A DNA stretch of 64,000 nt from NCBI RefSeq assembly GCF_963921235.1, contig NC_086097.1, forward strand, positions 69,132,001 to 69,196,000, written 5' to 3'. Position numbers and translations under genes: made by a program. Below the pieces are notes generated by a model. The model searched no databases. It was not told the origin of the DNA and saw only the letters and a program-made list of their open reading frames with translations. This DNA is from Mobula hypostoma. Lineage: Eukaryota. Below are positions 38,335 to 50,614 of the stretch, piece by piece (positions within the stretch are counted from its first letter, which is position 1; every line of letters starts with the position of its first letter).

Positions 38335-39859
38335 GTTTCCAAAACGCATCAGGCTTGTTTAGATCTTCCTGAATTTTGATCTTCCTGAATTTAGATCTTC
38401 GCTGAATTTTGTGGTGAGGACGCAGGAAAGGTTTTCTTCTGATGACTCTTCCATGAAAGTCATATTCGTGCAGGTGTCACTGCATATTAGAACAGTGCAC
38501 CACCACTTCAGAATATGCTAAATCTTCCTGAAGGTCTTTTGCAGTCAAATGGGGGTTTTGATTTGCCTTTCTAACAATCCTACAAGCAGTTCTCTCAGAA
38601 AGTTTTCTTGGTCTTCCAGAGCTCAACTTGACCTCCATCGTTCCCGTTAACTGCCATTTCTTAATTACATTATGAACTGAGGAAACAGCTACCTGAATAT
38701 GCTTTGCTATCTTCTTATAGCCTTCTCCTGCATTGCGGGCATCATTTATTTTAATTTTCAGAGTGCTAAGAAGCTGCTTAGAGGAGCTCATGGCTGCTGA
38801 TTGTTGGGACAAGGTCTGAGGAGTCAGGGTATTTATGAAGCTTTGAAATTTGCATCACCTGGCTTTTCCTAACGATGATTGTGAACAAGCCATAGCCCTA
38901 ACAAGCTGTTTAAGGCCTGAGACCTTGGTAAAAGTTATCTGAGAGCTCAAATCTCTTGGGGTGCCCAAACTTTTGCTTGGTGCTCCTTTTCTTTTCTTCA
39001 CTCTAAAATTGTACAAAATGAAAATAATACACTAATCTTGCTTAAAATGTTGAAAAGAATGTTTCATCTTTAACTTTATGACTTTTGGAGATCAGTTCAT
39101 CTTCTACTCATTTAGCTACTCACAGTAACATAAATTTTGACTGGGGTGCCCAAAGTTCTGCATGCCACTGTACATGTTCCTAAGACTTTTGCACAGTACT
39201 GTAGCTGTTTCAGAGCCCTGGGGTGTAGTCCATCTGGTTCCAGTGAATTATCTACCTTTGGACCTTTCAGCTCCCCGAGTTCTTTCTCATTAGTAATAGC
39301 AATGCACTCACGCCTGCTCCTGACTCTCTGGAATTGATGGCATACTGCTCCTGTTTTCCACAGACTAAGTAAAGACTGATGAAAAATACTTATTAAATTC
39401 ATCCACATTTCTTTGTCCTCCCCCTCCCCCACTGTTACCTCCCTAGCTTCATTTCCCAGCGGTCCGGTATCAAAAGGCAGTGAAAGTTTTGCTGTCATTT
39501 CCAGTCGGGACTGATTGAATGTGGTGACAATTTACAGATGCCTGATTTTCAGAAACAGCAGCCGAAGGAATAGAGAAACTAGCAAGTCTGCCAAGTCAGT
39601 CTTGCTGGAGAGGAAAACGCTTGGCCAAAAGTTCACCATGGGTCATAGTCATGTTAGCACATTGTGCTTGGCTTCAGGAATGCATCAACAGAATGAAGTT
39701 TGGGGGCAGAACACATCGCCCTGACTGGACTGTTTTGGAATGCAGGCTGATTTTGAAAACAGTATCAACCGAGGCATTCAAAGGGCTTTTGGATAGGCAC
39801 CAGAGGGGAAATTTGCTGGAGTTTATAATCCAAGGGCAGAAAAATAAGAAGAGACGGCA

Positions 39860-40185
39860 TACTGGCCCTGCAGATAGAGCGGCTGCTTCCCAACTCCAGT
39901 GAACCCGGTTCAGCCTTGACCACGGAGGCTCTCCGGGCGGAGCTTGTGCGTTTCCTGTCATCGCGTGCGTTTCATCCCACACCCTAAAGACGTGCGGGTC
40001 GGCAGGTTACCTGGGTAATGTAGTTTGTTCAATTTGTGAAAGAGAGTGGCAAAATATGCGGGATGGAGTGTTGATGGGAATACAGGGGGATAAATGAGAT
40101 TAGACTTCTTATTGTTTGTTGTGACTCGACGGGTTGCAGGGTCTGCTCTCAGTACCGTATCACTACCACTCTGAAAAATGGACAG
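39860..40185 (+). mobile_element. HE1/V-SINE-like tRNA-derived SINE, diverged
   Basis: gctgcttcccaactccagtgaacccggttc..., tttcatcccacaccctaaagacgtgcgggt resemble the elasmobranch HE1/V-SINE body. Confidence 0.55.
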
Positions 40186-40859
40186 AGTTGCACGAGAAGA
40201 AATCATCGAATACCTAAAGGGTTAGACAGACCCTCATTCTGTGCTGTAGCAGTTTCATGATCCCAATACCGTTTTCTATTTATAACCATATAACAATTAC
40301 AGCACGGAAATGCTCTAATTCAAGATTAAATTTCCTTTAACATGTAGTATTCTCATCTGTTGGAATAAAAAAGTTGCTTGAAGTTAGCATTGATCAAATG
40401 CCTACACTTCCAAGAAGTATGGCATGTAAGATAATAATTTTATCTACCCTCAGCAAAGACTAAAGGCGATTTACATTTTAATAAAGACATAGGAATGGAG
40501 GGTTATGGACCGAGTGCAGGTTGGTGGGACTAGGTGAGAGTAAGAGTTCGGCACGGACTAGAAGGGCCAAGATGGCCTGTTTCTGTGCTGTAATTGTTAT
40601 ATGGTCATATCTATCAAACATCAAAGCAAATTATCGGTTGGGGCAGTTTGTGCATCTGTAAAGGAAGGGGGGAGTTAAAGAGCGAGGAATGTCAGAGTTT
40701 GAGGGTTAGATGATTTGAAGGTATAACTGCCCAAGAGAAATGGTGCAAAACCAGCAAACCATCAGAAAAACAGCTGAGGACTTGGACCCTGCCAGAGATT
40801 TGTGTAATTCAGAATATCCAATTCAGAAATTGGATTCAGAATTCAGATTGGATTGGAAG

Positions 40860-41918
40860 AAGCATCTCCAACACCATCACACTGAACACGGGGCCCCCCA
40901 GGGCTGTGTGCTCAGTCCACTGCTGTTCACTCTGCTGACCCACAACTGTGCTGCAACACACAGCTCGAACCACATCATCAAGTTCGCTGATGACACGACC
41001 GTGGTGGGTCTCATCAGCAAGAACGATGAGTCAGCATACAGAGAGGAGGTGCAGTGGCTAACAGACTGGTGCAGAACCAACAACCTGTCTGTGAATGTGA
41101 ACAAAACAAAAGAGATGGTTGTTGACTTCAGGAGGACACGGAGCGACCACTCTCCGCTGAACATCGACGACTCCTCCGTAGAGATCGTTAAGAGCACCAA
41201 ATTTCTTGGTGTTCACCTGGCAGAGAATCTCACCTGGTCCCTCAACACCAGCTCCATAGTAAAGAAAGCCCACAGCATCTCTACTTTCTGCGAAGGCTGA
41301 GAAAAGTCCATCTACCACCCCCCCCCCATCCTCACCACATTCTACAGAGGTTGTATTGAGAGCATCCTGAGCAGCTGCATCACTGCCTGGTTCAGAAATT
41401 GCACCATCTTGGATCGCAAGACCCTGCAGCGGATAGTGAGGTCAGCTGAGAAGATCATCAGGGTCTCTCTTCCCGCCATTACAGACACTTACACCACATG
41501 CTGCATCCGTAAAGCAAACAGCTTTATGAAGGACCCCACGCACCCCTCATACAAACTCTTCTCCCTCCTGCCATCTGGCAAAAGGCTCCGAAGCAGTCGG
41601 GCTCTCATGACCAGACTATGTAACAGTTTCTTCCCCCAAGCCATCAGACTCCTCAATACCCAGAGCCTGGGCTGACACCAACCTACTGCCCTCTACTGTG
41701 CCTATTGTCTTGTTTATTATTTATTGTAATGCCTGCACTGTTTTGTGCACTTTATGCAGTCTGGGTAGGTCTGTAGTCTAGTGTAGTTTTTGTGTTGTTT
41801 TACATAGTTCAGTGTAGTTTTTGTATTGTTTCATGTAGCACCATGGTCCTGAAAAACATTGTCTCGTTTTTACTGTGTGGTTATGGTCGAAATGACAATA
41901 AAAAGTGACGACTTGAAA
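40860..41918 (+). mobile_element. Rex1/Babar-type LINE, 5'-truncated
   Basis: [25 protein letters not shown] and KFLGVHL in ORF 40740-41300; SFFPQAIRLLN end; aataaa..gacttga tail. Confidence 0.9.
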
Positions 41919-43187
41919 AGTGAGCGAGGCCAGAACTGTCATCCGGCAAATTTTATTTAATGTTTGAATGTCAGGAACTGGAACACTGGTGAAGAAAATT
42001 GGTAAGCACAAAGAAACGGGAGGAATTTAGCAGGTCAGTTAACATCTATGGAGGGAAATGGACAGTCAATGTTCCTTGTACAAGAGGCCTATAGAATGTA
42101 GATCATGGGAAATTAATATTAATACAAAATATGGCACGTTTATTTCCGTATCTGATTTCAGTATTTGTAATACATTTATTTGCCAGCAGAGGCCTCCATA
42201 CCCTCAGCCTTCCACAGCATGTAAGACTGGGATCTTGTCCTCAAGCTGCAAATGGACGTGTTTGCATCCGAACTCTGGCAGCCAACAAGCGGCACCGCCG
42301 TGGGACAATGAAGTGAAAACTTAAACCATTTCTCGTGTGACTGCCACAGTTACCACCAATGTCCCAGCATTTCTCCCACTGGAACTTGCTAGTCACGCAA
42401 TTCAGTTTCAGGGAGAGGTTCTTGTTTTCTGTTTGGAATTCTGCATTTTCCCTACCCCAGCCAGCAACTCAATACTGGTTCCTACCAGTAAGCGTTTGAT
42501 ACGCAGTCTAAACTGCAGTGCTTTGAAATAATATACTTTTGAACAGCTGACATTTCAGTTTTTGAATTTTTAGTTCTTCATGTTTTACATTTCCCCGGTG
42601 TTTTGAGCTCTACTGTGAAAAAGGAGCATGAGATTTTCAAATAAAAGTTCTCAGTTAAATTGATCAAAATCCATGGTTGTAATACTCATTTATGTGACCA
42701 AATTACTGGGTGCTGAACACTTTTACAAGGCACTGTGTATTTTCTATGGTATAAAGTGATGAGGAACTGCTGCATACTTATTCTTGTAGAAACATGGCAC
42801 AAGGACAAATTCCCATGCACCAATCAAACTTCAAGCCATGCCACTCAAGGATGTGCTAATATTTTGTTGTGCGTGTGACTGTATGTGTTGTGTTTTGTGC
42901 CTTGGCCCTTCAGGAAAGCTGTTTCATTTCACTGTATAAATGTGTATGGTTGAATAACAATTGAACTTGAAGTGTGTTGTTCTAACCCTTGGATCGTACT
43001 TTAATCCCTTCCTCATGTATACTTGCTACTCTATGTATCATGAGTACATTCAGAGGACAGCCAAGGAAACCCAGGTCATGTAACTGTTTTCCCTTTCTTG
43101 AATTTCAATATAGAGCTTTGCACTCCTTCGTTGCTCTCCAACAATGTGCTCAAGCAAATATATTTTACACAATTGTAAATTGTTTTA

Positions 43188-43722
43188 TGCACTCAATAGC
43201 CACTTTATTAAGTACACCAGTACACTTGCTCATTAATGCAAATATCCAATTCGCCAATCATGTGGCAGCAACTCAATACATAAAACACGCTAATGTGGTC
43301 AGGTGGTTCAGTTATTGTTCAGAACAAACAGCAAAATAGGGAAGGAATGAGATCTAGGTGACTTTGACCATGGAATGATTGCTGGTGCTAGATGGAGCAG
43401 TTTGAGTAGCGCAGAAACTGCTGATCTCCTGCATCATTCACAACAGTCTCTGGAGTTTATAGAGAATGCTGTGAAAATCAAAAAACATCCAGTGATCAGC
43501 GGTTCTGTGGGTGAAGATGCCTTGTTAATGACAGAAGTTAGAAGAAAATGGCCAGACTGGTTCAAGCTGACAGGAACTCAAGTAAACAAGTGTTGCAACA
43601 GTGGTGCGCAGAAGGGCATCTTTGAATGCACAACACGTCAAACCTTGAAGTAGATGGGCTTCAGCAATGGAAGATCACAGTGGGTTCCATCCCTGTATCT
43701 AGGAAAGTGGTGCTCGGTGCAT
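43188..43722 (+). mobile_element. Non-autonomous Tc1/mariner-like element
   Basis: cactcaatagccactttatt...aaagtggtgctcggtg degenerate ITRs; HTH remnant MIAGARWSSLSSAETADLL. Confidence 0.6.
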
Positions 43723-43969
43723 AAACTTATGAGAGGTGTATGTAAGTAGATAGAGTCCTTTCCCCAGGATGGAAATGTCAGATACTGGAGGCTTAGGTTA
43801 AAAGTGAGAGGGTGAAAGTTTAAAGGAGATGTGCAAGGTAGATTGTTTTTTTAATTTACTGAGCGTAGTAGGTGCACAGAGCACTGCCAGGGGAGGTGGT
43901 AAAAGTAGAAAATGACTGCAATATTCAAGAGGCATTTAAACAGACATAGGAATTGGCAGAAAAAATAAA

Positions 43970-45370
43970 TACATACCATAAGATAAAGGAGCAGTATTAG
44001 GTATTTTGGCCCATCAAGATTGCTCTGCCATTCAATCAGGGCAGATTTATTATCCCACTCAATCCCACTCTCCTACCTTCTCTCCGTAACCTTTGATGCC
44101 CTTACTAATCAAGACCCTATGAACCTCCACTTTACATATACCCAATGACTTGGCCTCTACAGTCATCTGTGGCAATGAATTGTGCAGATTCACATAACTA
44201 TAACTCTGGCTAAAGAAATTCTTCCTCATCTCTGTTCTAAAAGTGTGTCTTTCTATTCTGAGGCTGTGCCCACTGATCCTTGACTATCTCACTACTGGAA
44301 CATCCTCCCTACGTCCTCCCTATCTAGGCCATTCAATATTTGGCAGATATAAATCAGATCCCACCTCATCCATTAACCCTTTAATTCCCAGCATCCTTTC
44401 TTAGGTATGGAGCTCAAAACTGCTCACAATGCTCCAAGTGTAGTCTGACCAATCCCTTATAAAGCCTCAGTACTATGTGCTTGCTTTTATGTTCTAGTCC
44501 TCTCGAAATGAATGCTAGCATTCGATATCCCTTCCTTAGTAATGACTCAGCCTACAAGTTAACCTATGGGAAATCCTGCGCCAGAACTCCCAAGTCCCCT
44601 TGCACCTCTGATGGTGGTGTCTGAAAAGAGGATGCTGTCCAAGCTGCATGCCATCTTGGACAATGTCTCCCATCCACTACATAATGTACTGGGTGGGCAC
44701 AGGAGTACATTCAGCCAGAGACTCATTCCACCGAGATGCAGCACAGAGCGTCATAGGAAGTCATTCCTGCCTGTGGCCATCAAACTTTACAACTCCTCCC
44801 TTGGAGGGTCAGACACCCTGAGCCAATAGGCTGGTCCTGGACTTATCTCATAATTTACATATTACTATTTAACTATTTATGGTTTTATTACTATTTAATT
44901 ATTTATGGTGCAACTGTAACAAAAACTGATTTCCCTTGGGATCAATAAAGTATGACTATGACTATGACTATGACCTCCAAATTATGACTTCACTTCTCAC
45001 TTAGAAAATAGTCTACACATTTATTCCTGCTACCAAAGTAAATGTTCATAAACTTCCCTACACTGTATTCCATCTGCCATATCTTTGCCCATTCTCCTAA
45101 ACTGTCCATGTCCTTCTGCAGACTCCCTGCTTCCTCAACACAAGCCAACCAGCAAAGGTCCCCTTTATTCCCATTTGTTGTCTTCAGCCAGCCATGCTTC
45201 TATCTTTCCTCTAATGCCACGGGCACTTACCTTGTTTTGCAGCCTCAAGTGATAACCCAAGTTTAAAAAAAAACATCCTTTATCTATGCTGGCTGTTATT
45301 TGCTCAAAGAATTCCAACAGATTTGTCAGGCAAGATTTCTCCTTAAGGAAACCATGCTGACTTCAGCCTA
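43970..45370 (-). mobile_element. CR1 LINE fragment interrupted by a Rex-type tail
   Basis: Colinear with the CR1 at 50615-51900. Confidence 0.75.
44609..44973 (+). mobile_element. Rex1/Babar-type LINE 3' end
   Basis: ILDNVSHPLH..RLIPPRCSTERHRKSFLPVAIKLYN; (tatgac)n tail. Confidence 0.8.
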
Positions 45371-46129
45371 TGGGCAGTCATGTTGAATTAGTTTAGGTTG
45401 ACATCATGATTGGTATAGACTTACTGGGCAGAAAGACTCTATGCAGTTCAATGTTATCTGTAAAAATGTCATACACATTCTGGAAAATGCATGTCTTTCA
45501 TGAATTATATTAAAACCTATATTTAATAGCTGAGTCTTTGAATATTGAAGTAGGCAAAAGAAAGCTCAATTGCACTTTAGATCCTGCCATCCTTTATATC
45601 AAATCAAGTAATTGCTTTACAAAGATATTTTCCAGAGCAGGTCTGATTTCTTTACAGGAAATCAAAACTACAATTCCTAGCAGTGTTAAATGAGAACAAA
45701 ATGAATTTTCTGACATTTGAAGTTATTCACAATTACTTAGATGAGGGACATTAAAATAACATATTGAATTGTTATTATGCAAGTTTAACCATACATATTC
45801 ATAGAATCATAAAATGAAAGAACAGATTGTACTTAGGAGCTTTAAGGCTATAAAGATCAGCAGTTCTGACAACTCATATCATGACATCCATCCACTCATG
45901 CATTTGAAAAATTAGTTCTTTCAATCAGAGCAAGATAGAAATAAAGAAATGATCTTTATTGAAATTGAACTATAATTCGCCCCAATGCTCAATCACCAAA
46001 GCTGCTGATCCTATTACTCAAGTTCAAATTGCATTGATGAGATTCACTTGAGAAATACATGATCACCATTCATTTTAATGGAAATGGAACTATGATCGGT
46101 AGTCATGCATTGTCTTATCAAGGACTTAC

Positions 46130-48450
46130 AGAAGAACAATGCTGCTACTGTCCCTAGAACAAATAACACAGGGGCAAAGCATCAATCCCAGGAAGTGTTT
46201 GTCAGCGGAGTGGTGCAGAAAGAAGAGAAAGAGGAGTGGTGAAATTGCTGGAATGAGTGGAAGAACTGCAATGAAAATGCTCCAGGATGAAGTAACAGAC
46301 CAGCAGAAGAAAGTAGCAGGAGTAAGCTTTGAACTGGTATGTGCTCACCTGTGTCAAAGAATGCAGATAGGCTGAGTGGTGAGAATGCATTATGTTCAGG
46401 GACCCAGTGAACTTACATTCACTAAAAGGGTTTGTTTTTCTTACAGAACAGGCCTGGTGGAAAAATTCAAACTGAGAATTGTAGAAGAAAAGGATGTGTA
46501 TGTGAATAACTTTGAAAAAGAATGTTTGATTGAGATTAGCCAATTCACTAATAAATTAAGGGGATGTTTTATGGAGAAGGGAGAAGGGGGGTTGTGATTT
46601 TGAAATGAAAAACGTCAGTGCCTTAGGAAAGGGAATGCTTACAAAGGCCGCAGCTATGGGGTTACTGAAAAGAAAACAGCAATTGCCAGTAGAGTGGAAA
46701 TGTAATTGACAGATAATTGGGAAAAAAGGGTAGATGAGCCGTTCAGAATATATAGGAACTGTAAGAGAAACAAGAGGGACATTAATCAATTTAGAAAGTA
46801 GTCCAACTCAGAGATGTGCATTTCAAACGAAGCGGCTCAAATGAAATATTTTTTGGAAGTAGAAATCCCGTTGATTTCTTATTTTCATTGTTAAGGAATG
46901 CTATTCTAAATGCAGTACTCCTGGTACCTTCTATACAAGAAGAGATTATTCAGCTCATCACTTGCACCAAGGACCTGCCTCATTCTCACATATTAGTACT
47001 GCATTAAACAGCTCACTCAGTTACTGAGATGTAGGGAAGGCTGAAGATGAAATTCATCGCCACTGATGTGAGTTTTGTGTATAGCGCAGTCTGAAGTTGT
47101 AGTAGTGCTGAGTTTTTAATGCTGTACAAGCAAGCAAAGAAGTGCTGAATGATAAAACTACGTGCTGACCAACAGGTATAATTTGGATTACATGTGTTGC
47201 TTCCTTTTACCATTTTCCAGAATTCCAGATTCGGGAATTATTCCTGTGGACTGGATGGTAGCAAGTGTGGCCCAAATATTTACAAAACAGAGATAAAAAT
47301 AGAAACAACCATCCAGCCTAACATGAGAGAAAATAACGGAATCAATAATGAAGGATGTAATAAATACCTTAAAATGAATAGGAGTGAGCAGAATCAACAG
47401 AGATTTCTGGAAGATTTTCTGCTGGAGATGTTTGAGGACATGATAGGGGAGTGGGATATCACTGGATGTTGGGTACTTGGATTTTTGAAAGGTTCCACAC
47501 AGGACATTGGTCAACAGAACAGAGCACATGGAAATGGGGTGGGTGGTAATAAATAAATTTAAACTAGCTTATTATCATTCCATGTAACAATGTACAGTGA
47601 AAAACTTAGTTCTGCATGCCATCTATACAGGTTGTTTCATTATAAATACATTGAGATAGCACAAGGTAAAACAATAACAAAATGCAGGATAAAGTTCTGT
47701 GTATAGACAAAAAGGCCATAACAAGGTCGACTGAGATCGAGTTCATCATATCATACTAGGGGACAGTTCAATGGTTTTATGACAGCATGAATTGGTTATT
47801 GAGCAGGAAACAGAGAGGTAACAATCATAATTCTCAGTTTGGCCGTCTACAACTAGCCAGCTACCAGTGTTTTGTCCCTGGCTATTCATAAGCTATATCA
47901 ACAACCTAGCTGAGGAGACCAAGTGTCTTATTTACACATTTGTTTATGCAATGTCATAAAGAGGGACTCTGAATACAGGGAAGAATACAAAAATGTTTTG
48001 ATGGAAAATGGAACAAGTTGAATGAGTGAGTGAGGATATGGCACATGGAATATGTGAAAATTGAGAGCTTATTCACTTTAGTGCACAAAACAAAAAAGCA
48101 ATGCATGTTGAATAGTGAGAGACATATTGTTAATGCTTAAAGGTGTGATCGACAAAGTACATCAGAAAAGAATTTGAACGCAGGAGTAAGGCAGTATAAC
48201 TGCAATTGTATAGGACTTTGATGAAACAGTACATAAGGAGTATTGTGCACAGTTTTGATTTTCTTAAGGCAGGATGCACCTGCCATAGAGTGAGTTCAAT
48301 GAAGATTCACTAGCCTGGTTCCAGAAACAGCTATCTGCTGTATAAGACTGAGTAGCCAAGGTCTGTCTCCTTCGAGGTTGAGAAGAATAATAGAGGATTG
48401 TATTGAAACTTGCAAATTCAGGTTGGATGCAAGGTGGATTTTCCCCTGGG
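46130..48450 (+). mobile_element. Heavily decayed CR1 fragments, with a minus-strand Rex tail at about 47550-47790
   Basis: IFQNS..G..PVDW, ldf.K and later RT/3' remnants are recognisable but heavily mutated. Confidence 0.45.
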
Positions 48451-48479
48451 TGAATCTGGACCCAAAGCTCATAAGTAAA

Positions 48480-50035
48480 GACAAAGTAATATTTATTATC
48501 AGCATGCATACATGTTACCACACATAACCCTGAGATTCTTTTACCTAGGAACATACTTAGCAAATCTATAGAACAGTAACTGTAAACAGGATCGATGAAC
48601 AATGAACTGTGCAAATGCAAATTTAAATAAATAGCAGTAAATAATTAGAGTATGAAGTAACAAGATAAAGAGTCGTTAAAGAGGGACCACCAGTTGTGAG
48701 AACGCTGGAAATAGAACAAGTGTAGTTCAAGAGCGTGATGGTTGAGGGGTAGCAACTATTCTTGAACCTGGTGGTGCAAGTCCTGAAGCACTTGTACCTT
48801 CTACTTAATGGCAGCAGCGAAAAAGGAGCATGGCCTGGGTGGAGAGGATCTTTGATGATTGATGCTGCTTTTCAACAACAACGTTTCATGTAGGTGTGCT
48901 CAATGGTCGGGAGAGCTTTACTCATGACGTACTGGGCCAACTCCACGTCCTTTTGTAGGATTTTCCGCTCAAAGGCATTGGTGTTCCCATACCAGGCTGT
49001 AATGCAGCCACTCAGCACACTTTCTACCACATATCTATAGATGTTCGCCAAATCTCTGCAGACTCCTGAGGAAGTAGAGGGGCTGTCATGTTTTCTTTGC
49101 AATTACATTTATATGATGGGCAGGACAGGACGTTGAGATAGTGACACCAAGGAATTTAAGGTTACTGACCCTCTCCACCTCTGATCCTCCGATGATTACT
49201 GGCTCATGGACCTCTGGTTTTCCTCTCCTGAGGTCTACAATCAGTTCCTTAGTCTCATTAACATTGAGTGAGAAGTTGTTGTTATTACACCACTCAGTCA
49301 AATTTCAATATCCCTCCTGTATGCTGATTCATCACCCCCTTTGATACAGCCCACAACAGTGGTGTCATCAGCAAACTTTATATGGTGTTGGAGCTGTACT
49401 TAGCCACACAGTCATAGGTGTAAAGTGAGTAGAGCAGGGGCTACGTACACATCCCTGTGGTGCTCCTGTGCTGATGGAAATTATGCAGGAGATGTTTCTG
49501 CCAATCAGAACAGACTGGGGTCTGCAAGTGAGGAAATCCAGGATCCAATTGCACAAGGGGTATTGAGGCCCAGGACTTGGAATTTACTGATTAGTTTTGA
49601 GGGGATGATGGCATTGAATGCTGAGCTGTAATCAATAAAGAGCATTCTGATGTATGCATCTTTGCTGTCCAGATGTTCCAGGGTTATGTGAAGAGCCAAT
49701 GAGATGGCATCTGCTGTAGACCTATAGTGGATCTAAGTTATCACTCAGACAGGAGCTAATATGCTTCAACACCAGCCTCTCAAAACTCTTCACTACTGCG
49801 GATGTAAGTGCCACTGGGCGATAGTCATTGAGGCAGGTCACCAGGCTCTTCGTGGGCAACAGTACGATTGAAGCAGGTGGGTACCACACAATGCGGGAGA
49901 GAGAGGTTGAGGATATCCATGAACACACTAGGCAGTTGGTCAGCACAGGTCTTCAGTACTCGGCCAGGTACTCCGTCTGGACCAGGTGCTTTCCTTGGAT
50001 TCACCCTCTTGAACACAGGCTGCATGTCATCCAAA
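48480..50035 (-). mobile_element. Rex1/Babar-type LINE
   Basis: [42 protein letters not shown] and KFLGVTI. Confidence 0.9.
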
Positions 50036-50144
50036 GGGACACGTTTGGAAATAAGATGTTGGCTATTTAGGACTGAGAGGAGAAATTTCTTCAATTAGAA
50101 GTTATTGGTATGGGTTTCTTATTGGAACATGTACTGAGACAAAC

Positions 50145-50612
50145 AAATCAGAATCAAAGTCAGATTTGGCATCACTGGCATATGTTGTGAAATGTGTTAA
50201 TTTTGCAGCAGCAGTACAATGAAATTCATGGTAAATATAAAAAACTTAAGTGCAGTATATATATAATAGTTAAATTAAGATAAGTAGTACAAAAACAGAA
50301 ATTTTAAAAAGAGGAGCGAGGGTTCATTATCCATTTAGAAATTGGATGGCAGAGGGAAGAAGCCGTTCCTGAATCATTGAGTGTGTGCCTTCAGGCTTCT
50401 GTGCCTCCTTCCCAACCATAACTATGTGAAGATGGCATGTCCTGGGTGGTGGGGGTCCTTGATAATGGAAGCCGCTTTTCTGAGGCACCACTCCTTGAAG
50501 ATAACTTGGATACTATAGAGGCTAGTATCCATAGTGGAGCTGCCTAATTTTATAACTCTCTGCAGCTAGCTTACTTTGATCCTGTACAGTAGCTCCCCCT
50601 CCACCCCCCATA
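50145..50612 (-). mobile_element. Rex-type LINE 3' fragment
   Basis: (gattct) tail; IIKDPHHPGHAIF motif on the minus strand. Confidence 0.7.
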
Positions 50613-50614
50613 CC

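Larger units (their letters stand above)
35459..39170 (-). mobile_element. Tc1 transposon of IR/DR type, decayed transposase
   Basis: TA flanks; about 210-bp inverted repeats, each with outer and inner gcaaaagtttggg(c/t)accc direct repeats. Paired-like N-terminus with GRPRK, WTDEVKIEL, QQDNEPKH, an (S)PDLNIIENMW-like motif, and the AKGGVTKY end. Confidence 0.92.
35421..39201. mobile_element. Palindromic Tc1-type MITE (right copy), split by the Tc1 insertion
   Basis: TA|cagtactgtgcaaaagtcttagg ... cctaagacttttgcacagtactg|TA. Confidence 0.8.
33495..39475 (-). mobile_element. CR1 LINE (33495-34960 plus 39204-39475) interrupted by a nested DNA-transposon stack
   Basis: ORFs 33850-34122 and 34540-34887 (SQHGF, YLDFQKAF); continuation EPDGLHPRALK after 39204. 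Confidence 0.82.

Noticed and set aside
42480..42740. Additional Tc1 end fragment
   Set aside because: Only one degenerate ITR-like end is visible and no partner could be located.
45667..45685. ZNF143/THAP11-like motif actacaattcctagca (similar one near 33317)
   Set aside because: Mismatch in the CCC core and no CpG-island or promoter context.
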